Part shown: one piece after another, positions 1 through 10,190 of the stretch
How positions within the stretch are numbered: the stretch's first letter is position 1
How the letters are laid out: every line of letters begins with the position of its first letter
Assembly (NCBI GenBank): GCA_005883445.1
Contig: VAZL01000070.1
Location: 1-32,799 of the forward strand
Length of the DNA stretch: 32,799 nucleotides
Direction of reading: 5' to 3'
DNA from: Alphaproteobacteria bacterium
GTDB lineage: Bacteria; Pseudomonadota; Alphaproteobacteria; Rhizobiales; Xanthobacteraceae
Made by a program: the position numbers and the translations under genes
The notes under the pieces: model-generated
What the model saw: only the letters and a program-made list of their open reading frames with translations
Database searches by the model: none
What the model was told of the DNA's origin: nothing

Positions 1-1
1 C

Positions 2-610
2 GCCCCTTGGAATGGCCAGCTCATTCTGCCCGACGTGGCGCGCCTCCTGCTCGACGGCGGTGTGCGCGGCTTCGTGTTCGTGCTCGCGGGCGAACATCGC
101 AGTTATCGCAAATACGCGCGCGCCGTCGCGAAGGAGGCAGAGGTCAAAGGGGTGGAGGCATTCATTCGCTTCACCGGTCATTGCCGCGACATGCCGGCGG
201 CGTTTGCCGCCGCCGATACCGTGGTGGTGCCCGCGATCGAGGCGCCGGTGTTCGGCCGCGTGGTGGCCCAAGCGCAAGCCATGGGCCGGCCGGTCGTCAC
301 GTCCGATATCGGCATTTTGCCCGAGCACGTGGCGGCGCCGCCGGAAATGCCGGAAGAGGTGCGCACGGGGTGGGTGGCCAAGGCGGGCGACGCGGGGGAA
401 TTTGCCCACGCGCTCGGCGAGGCGTTCGCCCTCGACGAAACCGCCTACCGCACGATGTCCGAGCGCGCGCGGCACTTCGCCGAATACATGTTCTCTCCAC
501 GCAACGCCGTGGTCGCGACCCACGCCGTCTACGGTGCGCTGCTGGCGCAACCTCTAGCGGATAGCGGGGAACGCGTTGGCTCGGCCGCGAAACGGACGGA
601 AGGCCGTTGA
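2..610 (+). CDS. Glycosyltransferase family 1 (GT4-like), C-terminal part; 5' end lies outside the window
   Basis: Frame is open from the window edge (nt 2) to TGA 608-610. The translation (...[20 protein letters not shown]...[48 protein letters not shown]...) resembles the C-terminal Rossmann half of GT1/GT4 enzymes. Confidence 0.7.
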   Translation, partial: APWNGQLILPDVARLLLDGGVRGFVFVLAGEHRSYRKYARAVAKEAEVKGVEAFIRFTGHCRDMPAAFAAADTVVVPAIEAPVFGRVVAQAQAMGRPVVTSDIGILPEHVAAPPEMPEEVRTGWVAKAGDAGEFAHALGEAFALDETAYRTMSERARHFAEYMFSPRNAVVATHAVYGALLAQPLADSGERVGSAAKRTEGR

Positions 611-687
611 CTTATGCGCGGATTGTCCTGATCCTTCGTCACCCTGCGGTAGCAGGGACGTTGCAACGGCATGAGGAGAGCAGAGCC

Positions 688-1227
688 ATTCGTCGCCCAA
701 TGAGACCCGCGCAGCCCGCCCCGAAGGACGGCCCGCGCATCAACGAGGAGATCCGTGTTCGTGAAGTCCAATTGATCGACCAGGCCGGCCACAATCACGG
801 GCCGACTGAAATCCAGATCGCTTTGGACAAGGCCCAGGAGGCCGGGCTTGATCTCGTCGAGATCGCCCCCAATTCGTCCCCGCCCGTCTGCAAAATTCTC
901 GATTACGGCAAATACAAATACCAGGCGCAGAAAAAAGCGGCGGAAGCCCGCAAGAAACAGAAGATCGTCGAGGTCAAGGAGATCAAGCTCCGGCCGATGA
1001 TCGACGACCACGATTACGACGTGAAGATGCGCTCGATGCAGCGCTTTTTCGAAGAGGGCGACAAGGTCAAGGTCACGCTGCGCTTCCGCGGGCGCGAGAT
1101 GGCGCACCAGGAGCTGGGCTATCAGCTTCTCAATCGCGTCAAGGACGACACCTCCAAAGTCGCCAAGGTCGAGCAGGAGCCGCGCTTCGAAGGCCGCCAG
1201 GTTGTGATGGTGTTGGCGCCGCGGTGA
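688..1227 (+). CDS. infC: Translation initiation factor IF-3, probable ATT (AUU) start
   Basis: Translation ...[26 protein letters not shown]...[26 protein letters not shown]...[16 protein letters not shown]...[11 protein letters not shown] is unmistakably IF3. AGGAGA at 674-679 lies 8 nt upstream of ATT 688-690. The product is 179 aa, about the size of E. coli IF3. The TTG 607 start in the ORF track overlaps the upstream stop codon and has no SD. Confidence 0.85.
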   Translation: MRRPMRPAQPAPKDGPRINEEIRVREVQLIDQAGHNHGPTEIQIALDKAQEAGLDLVEIAPNSSPPVCKILDYGKYKYQAQKKAAEARKKQKIVEVKEIKLRPMIDDHDYDVKMRSMQRFFEEGDKVKVTLRFRGREMAHQELGYQLLNRVKDDTSKVAKVEQEPRFEGRQVVMVLAPR

Positions 1228-1270
1228 GGGCGGCACGCCGCGCCAAAGGGCCAAAAGGCGGCCCGTGACG

Positions 1271-1302
1271 GAAGACCTGGCGCCCCGAAGACCTGGCGCC
1301 CC
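1271..1302. repeat. Perfect tandem duplication, 2 x 16 bp (GAAGACCTGGCGCCCC), in the infC-rpmI spacer
   Basis: Read directly: 1271-1286 and 1287-1302 are identical. Confidence 0.95.
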
Positions 1303-1497
1303 TTTGCTTCCTTGAGCCGGCGAAGGCCCATAGCGCCCATCAGCCCGGGTTCTGGTTGTATTTCGCGGTCGCCTCTGCCATAACGCCGCCCTTCCGCCGC
1401 CCGGCCGAAAAGGGCTGCCGTGGCGACGGTAATCAGCACGCTCAAACGAGCGCATCCGGCCGGCCGGGTCATGCCTGCCGCCGCAAAGGAGAGCCAA

Positions 1498-1698
1498 ATG
1501 CCCAAGCTCAAGACCAAATCCGGCGCCAAGAAGCGCTTCAAGGTGACCGCGAGCGGGATGGTGCTCTACCAGCAATCCCGCAAGCGCCACGGCATGATCA
1601 AGCGCACCAAGAAGCAGATCCGCCAATTGCGCGGCACCGCCGTGCTGTTCAAGACCGACGGCGATAAGATCAAGAAATACTATTTGCCGAACGGCTGA
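1498..1698 (+). CDS. rpmI: 50S ribosomal protein L35
   Basis: [46 protein letters not shown]... is canonical L35 (66 aa). AAGGAGAG SD at 1486-1493. The longer ORF starting at 1420 adds a non-homologous leader. Confidence 0.95.
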   Translation: MPKLKTKSGAKKRFKVTASGMVLYQQSRKRHGMIKRTKKQIRQLRGTAVLFKTDGDKIKKYYLPNG

Positions 1699-1767
1699 TC
1701 GCCCGCGGCCGTCCACCGGCGGCCGTCCGCACTCAATCGTCGCACGCTATCAGTCAGGAGATCAGCC

Positions 1768-2127
1768 ATGGCACGCGTCAAGCGCGGCGTCACCGGACAC
1801 GCCAAGCACAAGAAAGTCTTGAAGGCCGCCAAGGGCTATTACGGCCGACGCAAGAACACCATTCGCGTCGCCAAGCAGGCGGTGGAGAAGGCGAACCAGT
1901 ACGCCTATCGCGACCGCAAGCGCCGCAAGCGCACGTTCCGGGCACTCTGGATCCAGCGCCTCAATGCCGCGGTGCGCCCGTTCGGGCTGACCTACAGCCG
2001 GTTCATCGGCGGCCTCGGCAAGGCCGGACTGTTGGTCGATCGCAAGGTGCTGTCTGATCTTGCGATCACCGAGCCCGCGGCCTTTGCGGCGATTGTCGAG
2101 AAGGCCAAAGCGGCAATCGCGGCATAG
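1768..2127 (+). CDS. rplT: 50S ribosomal protein L20
   Basis: [55 protein letters not shown]..., 119 aa. AGGAGA SD at 1756-1761. Confidence 0.97.
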   Translation: MARVKRGVTGHAKHKKVLKAAKGYYGRRKNTIRVAKQAVEKANQYAYRDRKRRKRTFRALWIQRLNAAVRPFGLTYSRFIGGLGKAGLLVDRKVLSDLAITEPAAFAAIVEKAKAAIAA

Positions 2128-2203
2128 GCGTGAGAGGACGAAGGATGGGCGACGGAGACGATGTTGCCTTCTGTCCTGTGCCGTCCGTCCTGCGAACTAG
2201 ACG

Positions 2204-2704
2204 ATGATCGATGTTCACTATGTGCAATGCATGGCCCGCTATAACCGCTGGCAAAACGAGAACCTTTACGGCGCTGCCGACACGCTGTCCGACGCCGAGC
2301 GGCGACGCGACCGCGGGGCGTTCTTCGGCTCGATCCACGCCACCCTCAATCACCTGCTCTGGGCCGATCGCATCTGGATGAGCCGCCTTGCCGGCACGCC
2401 CCACCCCGACGGCGGCATTCCCGAATCCGTGGCGCTTCATAGCGATTGGGACGAGCTGAAGCGCGAGCGCAAGGCATTCGACGCGGTCGTGATCGACTGG
2501 GCCGACCGGCTCGACGCCGCGTCGCTCGCAGGCGAGCTCGCCTATTACTCCGGCGCCATCAAGCGGGAAGTGCACAAGCCGACATGGCTTCTGGTCACAC
2601 ATATGTTCAACCATCAGACGCATCATCGCGGCCAGGTGCATTGCATGCTGACGCAGGCCGGCGGCAAACCCGGCGATACCGATCTGCCGTTCCTGCCGAC
2701 CTAG
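2204..2704 (+). CDS. DinB-family (damage-inducible, four-helix-bundle metal-binding) protein
   Basis: 166-aa ORF with [12 protein letters not shown]...[14 protein letters not shown]...[18 protein letters not shown], the His-triad pattern typical of the DinB family. The start could also be Met-10 at 2231. Confidence 0.8.
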   Translation: MIDVHYVQCMARYNRWQNENLYGAADTLSDAERRRDRGAFFGSIHATLNHLLWADRIWMSRLAGTPHPDGGIPESVALHSDWDELKRERKAFDAVVIDWADRLDAASLAGELAYYSGAIKREVHKPTWLLVTHMFNHQTHHRGQVHCMLTQAGGKPGDTDLPFLPT

Positions 2705-2796
2705 CGACCGGGCCGGCGCGCGGCGGTGAAGTAGCGCGAAGGCCTTGTAATGCGCTCGAACCCAAGACGCTGCGCTGGCGCAGTGGAGCAGGATCA

Positions 2797-3879
2797 ATGA
2801 CCGACCTTCGCGCGCTCGAGACCGAACTCCTCGCCGCCGCGGCGGCCGCCAAGGACGAAGCCGCGCTCGAAGCCGTGCGGGTGGCGGCGCTCGGCCGCAA
2901 CGGCTCGGTGTCCGCGCTGTTGAAAACGCTGGGCACGATGACGCCGGAGGCGCGCAAGGAGCAAGGGCCGCTCATCAACAGCCTCAAAGACCGACTCAGC
3001 GCCGCGATCGCCGCGCGCAAGGACGCGCTGCGAGGGCTGGCGCTGGAGCAGCGGCTCAACACCGAGACCGTGGACGTCACGCTGCCGGTGCGCGAGCCGC
3101 CGGCGGAGATCGGCCGCGTCCATCCCATCAGCCAGGTCGTGGACGAGCTCACCGCGATCTTCGCCGACATGGGGTTCGCGGTCGCCGAAGGGCCCGATAT
3201 CGAGACCGACGACTATAATTTCACCAAGCTCAACTTCCCGGAAAGTCATCCGGCCCGCGACATGCACGACACCTTCTACTTCAATCCGAAGCCCGACGGC
3301 TCGCGGCTGCTGCTGCGCACGCATACCTCGCCGGTGCAGATCAGGACCATGCTGGCGCAGAAGCCGCCGATCCGCGTCATCATTCCCGGCCGCACCTATC
3401 GCAGCGACAGCGATCAGACCCACACGCCCATGTTCCACCAGCTCGAGGGGCTCGTCATCGACAAGGGTTCCCACCTCGGCCATCTGAAATGGATCCTGCA
3501 GGAATTCTGCAAGGCGTTCTTCGAGGTCGATCAAGTCAAGATGCGCTTCCGCCCGTCGTTCTTTCCGTTCACGGAGCCCTCGCTCGAGCTCGATATCCAA
3601 TGCCAGCGCGACAAGGGCGAGATCCGATTCGGCGAGGGCGAGGATTGGATGGAGATTCTCGGCTGCGGCATGGTGCATCCCAACGTGCTGCGCAATTGCG
3701 GTCTCGATCCCGACGAGTATCAGGGCTTCGCTTGGGGCCTGGGGATGGATCGCATCGCCATGCTCAAATACGGCATGCCGGATCTTCGCCCGTTCTTCGA
3801 GGCCGACGTGCGCTGGCTCGCCCATTACGGCTTCCGCCCGCTCGACTTCCCCACGCTTGCAGGAGGACTGAGCAACTGA
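2797..3879 (+). CDS. pheS: Phenylalanine--tRNA ligase alpha subunit
   Basis: 360 aa from ATG 2797 (GGAGCAGGA upstream). Contains ...[12 protein letters not shown]...[14 protein letters not shown]...[25 protein letters not shown]...[12 protein letters not shown]...[10 protein letters not shown]...[17 protein letters not shown]. The part of the ORF-track entry upstream of 2797 overlaps the DinB gene. Confidence 0.95.
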   Translation: MTDLRALETELLAAAAAAKDEAALEAVRVAALGRNGSVSALLKTLGTMTPEARKEQGPLINSLKDRLSAAIAARKDALRGLALEQRLNTETVDVTLPVREPPAEIGRVHPISQVVDELTAIFADMGFAVAEGPDIETDDYNFTKLNFPESHPARDMHDTFYFNPKPDGSRLLLRTHTSPVQIRTMLAQKPPIRVIIPGRTYRSDSDQTHTPMFHQLEGLVIDKGSHLGHLKWILQEFCKAFFEVDQVKMRFRPSFFPFTEPSLELDIQCQRDKGEIRFGEGEDWMEILGCGMVHPNVLRNCGLDPDEYQGFAWGLGMDRIAMLKYGMPDLRPFFEADVRWLAHYGFRPLDFPTLAGGLSN

Positions 3880-4012
3880 TCATTCTCGTTGCAAGTCGCC
3901 ATGATCCAATCCGTGGATCGCTTGCCGTTCGAGACGATCACACACGGCTCGCTGCCGCTGCCGAGCCTCTCCTGCAAACGGGAGAGGGAATAGATCCCGA
4001 GTCCGCGGAATG

Positions 4013-6261
4013 ATGAAATTCACCCTCGCTTGGCTCAAGGAGCACCTGGACACCGACGCGCCGCTTGCGGCGATCGTCGACAAGCTCACCATGATCGGGC
4101 TCGAAGTCGAGAGCGTCGCAGACCGGGGCAAGATGCTGGCGCCGTTCATCATCGCGCGGGTGATCTCGGCCGAACGGCATCCGAACGCGGACCGGCTGCG
4201 CGTGTGCATGGTCGATACCGGCGCGGGCGATCCGGTGCAGGTCGTGTGCGGGGCGCCCAATGCGCGCGCGGGCATGAAGGGCGTGTTCGTTCCCCCGGGC
4301 GCGTACATCCCAGGCAAGAACATGACGCTCGCGGTCGGCACAATCCGCGGCGTCGAGAGCCGCGGCATGTTGTGCTCGGGATTCGAACTGCAATTGTCCG
4401 ACAACCACGAAGGCATTTTGGACCTCCCGCCGGACGCGCCCGTCGGCGTGCGTTACGCAGAATGGGCGCATCACGACGATCCGGTGATCGAGATCAATCT
4501 GACGCCGAACCGCCGGTCAACGGGCGGTTCCCATGCCCGGTGAAGGTGACGCTCGACTTCGGGACGACGCCCTCGCTCTGCCCCGCTTTCGCGTTGCGGC
4601 TGGTGCGCGGGGTGAAAAACGGCCCCTCGCCCGCATGGCTGCAACGCCGGCTCGTCGCGATCGGCTTGCGTCCGATCAACGCGTTGGTCGATACCACCAA
4701 TTTCATCACCTACGATCGCGGCCGGCCGCTGCACGTGTTCGACGCCGCCAAGCTGCACGGCAATCTCACCGTGCGGCGCGCGCGCGATGGCGAAACCCTG
4801 CTCGCGCTCGATGGCAAGCGCTACGCGCTCGATCCGACCATCTGCGTGATCGCCGACGAGACCGGCGTGGAATCCTTGGCCGGCATCATGGGTGGCGAGG
4901 CCACCGGCAACTCCGACGCGCGCTATCGTTTCGAGCGCGGCGTCGATCCGGCCTTCATGCTGCCGGGGCTCGAGCTTGCGACCAGGATGGTGCTCGATCT
5001 CTGCGGCGGCGAACCGTCGGAGGTCACGGTCGCGGGCACGCCGGAGGTGCCCGCGCGCATCATCGATTTTCCACTCGACGAACTGCCGCGGCTCACCGGC
5101 CTGACGGTCGACCAGCGCGAGGTCGAGCGCGTGCTCGGCCGACTCGGCTTCTCCGTCGCCGGCACGGGCAAGAACCTGAAAGTTACCGTTCCTTCGTGGC
5201 GGGGCGACGTCGAGGGCAAGGCCGATCTGGTGGAGGAAGTGGTGCGCATCCTCGGCGTCGACCGTGTTCCGGCGACGCCGTTCGACCGCGGCGATGCTCC
5301 GCGCAAGCCGGTGCTCACGCCGATCCAGCTGCGCACGCGCAAAGCCAGGCGCGCGCTCGCCGCGCGTGGCCTGCTCGAGGCGGTGGCCTGGTCGTTCATC
5401 TCGAAGGCGCAAGCCGAGCTGTTCGGCGGCGGAAACGCAGAGCTTGCGCTCGCCAATCCGATTGCGTCCGACCTATCCGACATGCGGCCGAGCCTGATTC
5501 CCGGGCTTGCCGCCGCGGCGCAGAAGAACGCCGACCGCGGCTTTGCCGACGTGGCGCTGTTCGAGGTCGGGCAAGTCTTCCGCGGCGATCGGCCGCAGGA
5601 CCAGCTCACCGCTGCCAGCGGCGTGCGCCGCGCGCTCGCCAAGGTGACCGGCATCGGCCGGTCGTGGTCGCCGCCTGCCGGCGAGGTCGACGCCTTCGAT
5701 GCCAAGGCCGACGCGCTCGCCGTGCTGGCGGCCGCCGGCGCGCCGGCACAGGCGCTGCAGGTCGTGCCGGGCGGGCCGCCGTGGTTCCATCCGGGACGCT
5801 CGGGCACGATCCAGATCGGGCCGCAGAACGTGCTCGGTCACTTCGGCGAACTGCATCCGCGCGCGCTCGAAGCGCTCGATGCCGAGGGCCCGCTGGTCGC
5901 CTTCGAGGTGATCCTGGAAAACATCCCGCAGCCGAAGGCGAGGGCCACGCGAGCGCGGCCGGTTCTGGAGCTTTCACCGTTTCAACCGGTGGAGCGAGAC
6001 TTCGCCTTCGTGGTCGATCGCACGGTCAAGGCCGCCGACATCTTGCGCGCGACGCAGAGCGTCGATCGCAAGCTCATCACCAATGTCACCGTGTTCGACG
6101 TCTACGAGGGCGAAGGGATCGAGCCCGGCAAGAAGTCGATCGCGATCACGGTGACGCTGCAGCCGCGGGAAAAGACCATGACCGACGCGGAGATCGAGGC
6201 GGTAGCCGCGAAGATCGTCGCCGAGGTCGGCAAGCGGACGGGCGGGGTATTGCGGGCGTGA
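4013..6261 (+). pseudogene. pheT: Phenylalanine--tRNA ligase beta subunit, disrupted as sequenced: frameshifting gap near 4511-4516 plus an in-frame gap near 4908/4909
   Basis: The N-terminal tRNA-binding domain ([14 protein letters not shown]...[17 protein letters not shown]...VVCGAPNA...ESRGMLCS...IEINLTPNR) is in the frame of 4010..4543 and stops at TGA 4541. The rest ([12 protein letters not shown]...[19 protein letters not shown]...to...[16 protein letters not shown]) is in the frame of 4030..6261. The 2249-nt span is not divisible by 3. The total is about 749 aa, against about 800 aa for alphaproteobacterial PheT. Confidence 0.85.
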
Positions 6262-6265
6262 ACGC

Positions 6266-7633
6266 TCACAAGCGCTTGCTCGGGCCGCCGAGAAGCTTCA
6301 CCACCGCATCGGCCGCACGCTCGCCCGATTCCCAGGCGCCGTTGACGCTGCCCCACAGCGTCTCATGCGTGGCTTCTCCAGCCAAGAAGATACGGCCGCT
6401 GAGCGGCTCCGCCAGCACCTTGCGCGAGGACTGGGCGCCGGGCGCGGCGGCAGAGATGGCGCCGAGCACCCACGGCTCGTTGTTCCAGCGCGTGGCGTGG
6501 CGGCGTTTGACCGCGCTTTTCATGTCGGCGCCGTAAAGCCCACCGAGCCAGTTGATCGCAAAATCGATCATCGCGGCCTCACCCTTGGCGGAGAGATCGC
6601 GCCCGAAACTGCCTCCCACGTCGACGACGCAAATCGTCGAACCGCCCATGTTGCCGAAGATCGCAGCGGTTTGCCTGCTCTCGCTTTTCTCGAACACCAG
6701 CTCATCGGCGCGCAAGCCGAGCAGATTGCCGGTCAATTCCAGCGCCACGTGATCGCGGCTGCCGAGCTTGAGCTTGGCGGCAGCGTCGAGATGGCGCTTG
6801 GGCAAATCGGGCGCCAACTTGATTTTTCCGCTCGTGAGCACATTGGTCGAGACGGTGATGATGACCGCGCTGGTCTTGAACTGACCTTTCGGCGTGTCGA
6901 CCTCGATGCGCGCGCGGCTCCACCATTCGATGGTTTTCACCGGCGTTGCCAGCAACAGTGGGAGGGGGGCCGCGAGCTTCGCGAGCAGCGCGCCAAATCC
7001 CTGGCGGCAGAACGCGCCGTTGTCGCGCTCGCCCGAGCGGGAGAGATCAGCGGTCGAAACGTCCGCGAGTTCCTTGCTGCAGCCGTAAGGCCCTAGCACG
7101 AATTCGATCGTCGGCCGCCTTTCGCCCAGATCCTTCGGCAACACCTGGGTACAGGCGACGTCACTCTTACGCGCCGCATCCGCGATGGCGGTGTTGGCGC
7201 GCACGAGGCTGGACAGAAAGTCCTCCATCTCGCTTTCGCGGGCGTAGCGCCGTCCGATGCGCACGCGCTGGCCAGGCGGGGCCGCATAGATGTCGAGCCC
7301 GGACTGCACGGCAAGCTTCGCCAGCGGATTGATGTCGGCCGCGTAAATCCAATGGGCGCCGCGATCGTAGGGTATGCCGAAAGTCTTGGTATCGGTAATG
7401 CAGCGTCCGCCGACCTGATCCGCGGCCTCGAGCACGACAAACTGTTTGCGTGCGGCCGCAAGCCGCCGCCCGGCAGCGATGCCGGCGGCACCCGCCCCCA
7501 CGATGACGGCATCGACCCAGCCGGAGCGCGGCACCTCGGGTGCCGGCGCGGGGCGCGGCGCTGCAAGCGCGGGCGCGGCCGTCAGGACCGCGGCGGAGGA
7601 GGCGAGGAAGGATCGACGGCTCAAACGTCTCAT
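6266..7633 (-). CDS. Flavin-containing amine oxidase family protein, exported (Tat signal)
   Basis: MRRLSRRSFLASSAAVLTAAPALAAP is a twin-arginine signal. It is followed by the dinucleotide-binding motif VIVGAGAAGIAAGRRL...VLEAADQVGGR and a C-terminal ...FLAGEATH...GSVNGAWESG typical of amine oxidases. Start taken at ATG 7633 (Met-13 of the ORF). Confidence 0.8.
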   Translation of the reverse strand: MRRLSRRSFLASSAAVLTAAPALAAPRPAPAPEVPRSGWVDAVIVGAGAAGIAAGRRLAAARKQFVVLEAADQVGGRCITDTKTFGIPYDRGAHWIYAADINPLAKLAVQSGLDIYAAPPGQRVRIGRRYARESEMEDFLSSLVRANTAIADAARKSDVACTQVLPKDLGERRPTIEFVLGPYGCSKELADVSTADLSRSGERDNGAFCRQGFGALLAKLAAPLPLLLATPVKTIEWWSRARIEVDTPKGQFKTSAVIITVSTNVLTSGKIKLAPDLPKRHLDAAAKLKLGSRDHVALELTGNLLGLRADELVFEKSESRQTAAIFGNMGGSTICVVDVGGSFGRDLSAKGEAAMIDFAINWLGGLYGADMKSAVKRRHATRWNNEPWVLGAISAAAPGAQSSRKVLAEPLSGRIFLAGEATHETLWGSVNGAWESGERAADAVVKLLGGPSKRL

Positions 7634-7791
7634 GGCGCACAGGGTGTCAAGCGTTGCGAGGTCTACCACGGAACGCGCGTGCCGCGCGTCGGAAATCTTG
7701 TCTCATCGTCGCATGCTTGCGGTATCGCCACAGCGATGCCTTATTCAAGGCCGGCACCCAACGGAGCCGGAACCAAGGCAGGGAGACAACG

Positions 7792-8547
7792 ATGATCGAC
7801 GCGGCCGTCAAAGCGCTCGCTCAGATGTTCGCGCCGCCGTTTCGGTGGGTGCTGTTGAAATCCGCCGGGCTTGCCCTTTTTCTGATTGTGCTTATCGCCA
7901 TCGGCCTTCATCGATTGCTGCTTTGGCTCGCAACCACCGGCGCGAATTGGGCGGAGACGGTATTCGGCGTCAGCGCACACGCGCCGCTGTCGATCCTCAT
8001 CTGGATTGTTTCTGTCGCCGCGGGCCTCGGCATCATCGTCGGATCGGTGTTCTTGATGCCGGCGGTCACCGCCTTGGTCGGCAGCTTCTTCGTCGACGAC
8101 ATCGCGCTCGAGGTGGAACGCACTCACTATCCCGCCGAGCCTGTCGGCAGGCCCCCGCCGCTGATGCGGGCGCTCGCCGAAGGCCTGAAAACGGCTTTGC
8201 TCGCGGTCTTGGTTTATCTCATCGCGCTGCCGTTTCTCCTCTTCGCCGGCGCCGGCCTCCTCATTTTTTTCTTCGCCAGCGCCTATTTGCTCGGCCGCGA
8301 ATATTTTGAATTGGCAGCCATGCGCCATCAGCCCATGGCCGAGGCCAAACGACTGCGCAAAACGCACCAGAGCACGGTGTTTCTCGCCGGCATGTTCATC
8401 GCCGCCTTCGTGTCGATCCCGATCGTCAATCTCGCGACGCCGCTGTTCGCCATGGCTTTCATGGTGCACGTGCATCAACGGATAATGCACGACACCCGAC
8501 TGCGGCTAGACCAGAACACGCGTCCGCGGATAGATAAAGCGCGATAA
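7792..8547 (+). CDS. EI24/CysZ-like integral membrane protein
   Basis: 251 aa from ATG 7792 (GGGAGA at 7781-7786). Several hydrophobic helices, and a general resemblance to EI24/CysZ-family proteins annotated next to this cluster in Hyphomicrobiales. Family assignment is from memory, not a search. Confidence 0.6.
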   Translation: MIDAAVKALAQMFAPPFRWVLLKSAGLALFLIVLIAIGLHRLLLWLATTGANWAETVFGVSAHAPLSILIWIVSVAAGLGIIVGSVFLMPAVTALVGSFFVDDIALEVERTHYPAEPVGRPPPLMRALAEGLKTALLAVLVYLIALPFLLFAGAGLLIFFFASAYLLGREYFELAAMRHQPMAEAKRLRKTHQSTVFLAGMFIAAFVSIPIVNLATPLFAMAFMVHVHQRIMHDTRLRLDQNTRPRIDKAR

Positions 8548-8597
8548 ACGCAATTGTCGTTCTGCCTCTTCCTGCATCGGCGGCGCGCCGTTCGCCG

Positions 8598-10190
8598 TCA
8601 TTTGTCCGCCAGCTTCGTCACGGCGACCTTCACCGTGCCGTCGGCCTCCGCGCTCACGCGCAGCGTTTTGGCGTCAAACTCGATGTCGACGAGTCGCAGA
8701 TCGGTGACGGCGGCGTCGACGCTAACGCCGTCGGCGCTCTTGCGAAAATCGGCGATTGCCGCCTCGATGCTCTTGCGGGCATTCGCGGCGAGCGGCACGA
8801 GATCAACCACCGCGTTTTCCGCCAGCGCCTGTTCCAGATAAGGCACCGCGGCGCGCGCGGCCGTCCCCAGCAAGCCGAACGCGGCCTGCGATTCGACGTC
8901 GAGCGCGATGTCGTTCAGACGCAGCGTCTGATGCGCGCGGTCGAGCACCGGCCGGCCCCACACGTGGACCGTTGCTTCGGCGCCGAGACCGAACCAACTC
9001 TTGTTCTCGTTTGCCTTGACGCGCAGCGAGAGCAGCAGCCGGTCGCCCGATGCCGCCAGATTCAAGCTCCGGATCGTGGCGCTGAACGCGCTGCTCTTGT
9101 CCTCGGGGAAAGTTTTTCCTTTAAGCTGCGCCTCGAGCAACCGATTCACTTCGGTGAACGGAATATCGATCGGCACCGCGATATTGACTCGGCCCTGCTC
9201 GATCTGCGGAACGAGTTCCAATTGCGCCGGGAACGGGCAATCGGGCTTGGTCTCATTGGGCACGATCCGGGTCTGCGCCTCCACGCCGATGGTCAGCGTG
9301 ACCGCGGTGCCGTCAATGTGCGGCTGCCCCGCGAAGGCTCGCGTTGGGCGAAGCTCCAACCACAGATTAGGCATGCCGGCCGCCGCCGCGCCGAGCGAGA
9401 TCGAGCGGCACATCTTGGCCCACTCGCGCCGTGCCGCCACTTCGAGAAACGGATCATCGCGCAGGCGCGCCTGCAGCGCCGTCACCTGTTCGTTGACGGC
9501 GCGATCGAGGAGCGGCTTGAGTTCGTTCGATACGCTCAGCTTCGTGCCGAGGACCGGCAGAGACGCATCGGCCAGCGCAACCTGAGGCGTAAGGTTGGGC
9601 TCCACCCGCCACGCCGGCAGGAGCGACGGACTGGCCGTGAGCGTGACGTTGCCGCGAATATCGGCACGCTGATCGAGCGTCTTTCCCTGCAGGTTCTGAA
9701 TCCCTTGGCCGAGACGGCCGCCGAGCAAGCCGCCGAGCGCGCCCGCGAGATTGCCTGCGTCACCGGAGACTTGCCCGGTCGCCCGGAAGGTTCCGGAGAG
9801 CATGGTCGACACCACGAGCGCATTCGGCCGGCCGCTGACCGCGAGCGGGCTGCGCGCGACCGTCCAATCGATTTCGGCGTTGGACAGCAATTGCGGCAGC
9901 GGGTTCTCGCGCTTGCCCACGAGCTGGCGCGGCGCCGCCGTCTCCAGTGCGCTGTGGATCGCGGAGAGCGCAATCGCCGCGGGCGTCACGATCACCGATT
10001 TGCGGGCGACCGGCGCCAGCGGCGGCACCTCGACCAGCGCCGGCCGTTGCTCCTTCGGACCAGGCGAAATCCAGCTCAACGCCCAAATCGCGGCGCCGAA
10101 TGAGACGATGGCGACCAGCACGCCGATGACGATCTTGCCCCAGGGCAAATGCACGCTCGCGCCTTCCTCCGAATTGCGGCCGAATCTCAT
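8598..10190 (-). CDS. Large membrane-anchored hypothetical protein (DUF4403-like)
   Basis: 530 aa from ATG 10190 (MRFGRNSEEGASVHLPWGKIVIGVLVAIVSFGAAIWAL: one N-terminal TM helix, remainder predicted extracytoplasmic). The long ORF has coding-like composition. Family name is tentative. Confidence 0.55.
   Translation of the reverse strand: MRFGRNSEEGASVHLPWGKIVIGVLVAIVSFGAAIWALSWISPGPKEQRPALVEVPPLAPVARKSVIVTPAAIALSAIHSALETAAPRQLVGKRENPLPQLLSNAEIDWTVARSPLAVSGRPNALVVSTMLSGTFRATGQVSGDAGNLAGALGGLLGGRLGQGIQNLQGKTLDQRADIRGNVTLTASPSLLPAWRVEPNLTPQVALADASLPVLGTKLSVSNELKPLLDRAVNEQVTALQARLRDDPFLEVAARREWAKMCRSISLGAAAAGMPNLWLELRPTRAFAGQPHIDGTAVTLTIGVEAQTRIVPNETKPDCPFPAQLELVPQIEQGRVNIAVPIDIPFTEVNRLLEAQLKGKTFPEDKSSAFSATIRSLNLAASGDRLLLSLRVKANENKSWFGLGAEATVHVWGRPVLDRAHQTLRLNDIALDVESQAAFGLLGTAARAAVPYLEQALAENAVVDLVPLAANARKSIEAAIADFRKSADGVSVDAAVTDLRLVDIEFDAKTLRVSAEADGTVKVAVTKLADK

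Noticed and set aside
529-1716. 395-aa minus-strand ORF spanning infC and rpmI
   Set aside because: It is antisense to two unmistakable ribosomal/translation genes. Its composition is rich in Arg, Gly, Ala and Leu. This is a typical shadow ORF of high-GC DNA, where stop codons are rare.
3901-3993. 30-codon ORF ([30 protein letters not shown]) and a 7-bp hairpin CCTCTCC-N7-GGAGAGG (3966-3987) in the pheS-pheT spacer
   Set aside because: There is no Shine-Dalgarno, no recognisable peptide and low third-position GC. The hairpin lacks a U-tract. It may be a minor attenuator or processing structure, but the evidence is insufficient.
4533-6536. 667-aa plus-strand ORF, plus the first about 160 codons of ORF 4030..6261
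   Set aside because: These are out-of-frame readings of pheT with extremely Arg/Ala/Gly-rich translation. Only the part of 4030..6261 downstream of about 4513 matches PheT.
7673-7689. GC-rich inverted repeat ACGCGCG-tgc-CGCGCGT in the amine oxidase/EI24-like divergent spacer
   Set aside because: Short CG-alternating palindromes are expected by chance at this GC content. It has no flanking signal such as a U-tract or -35/-10 context.
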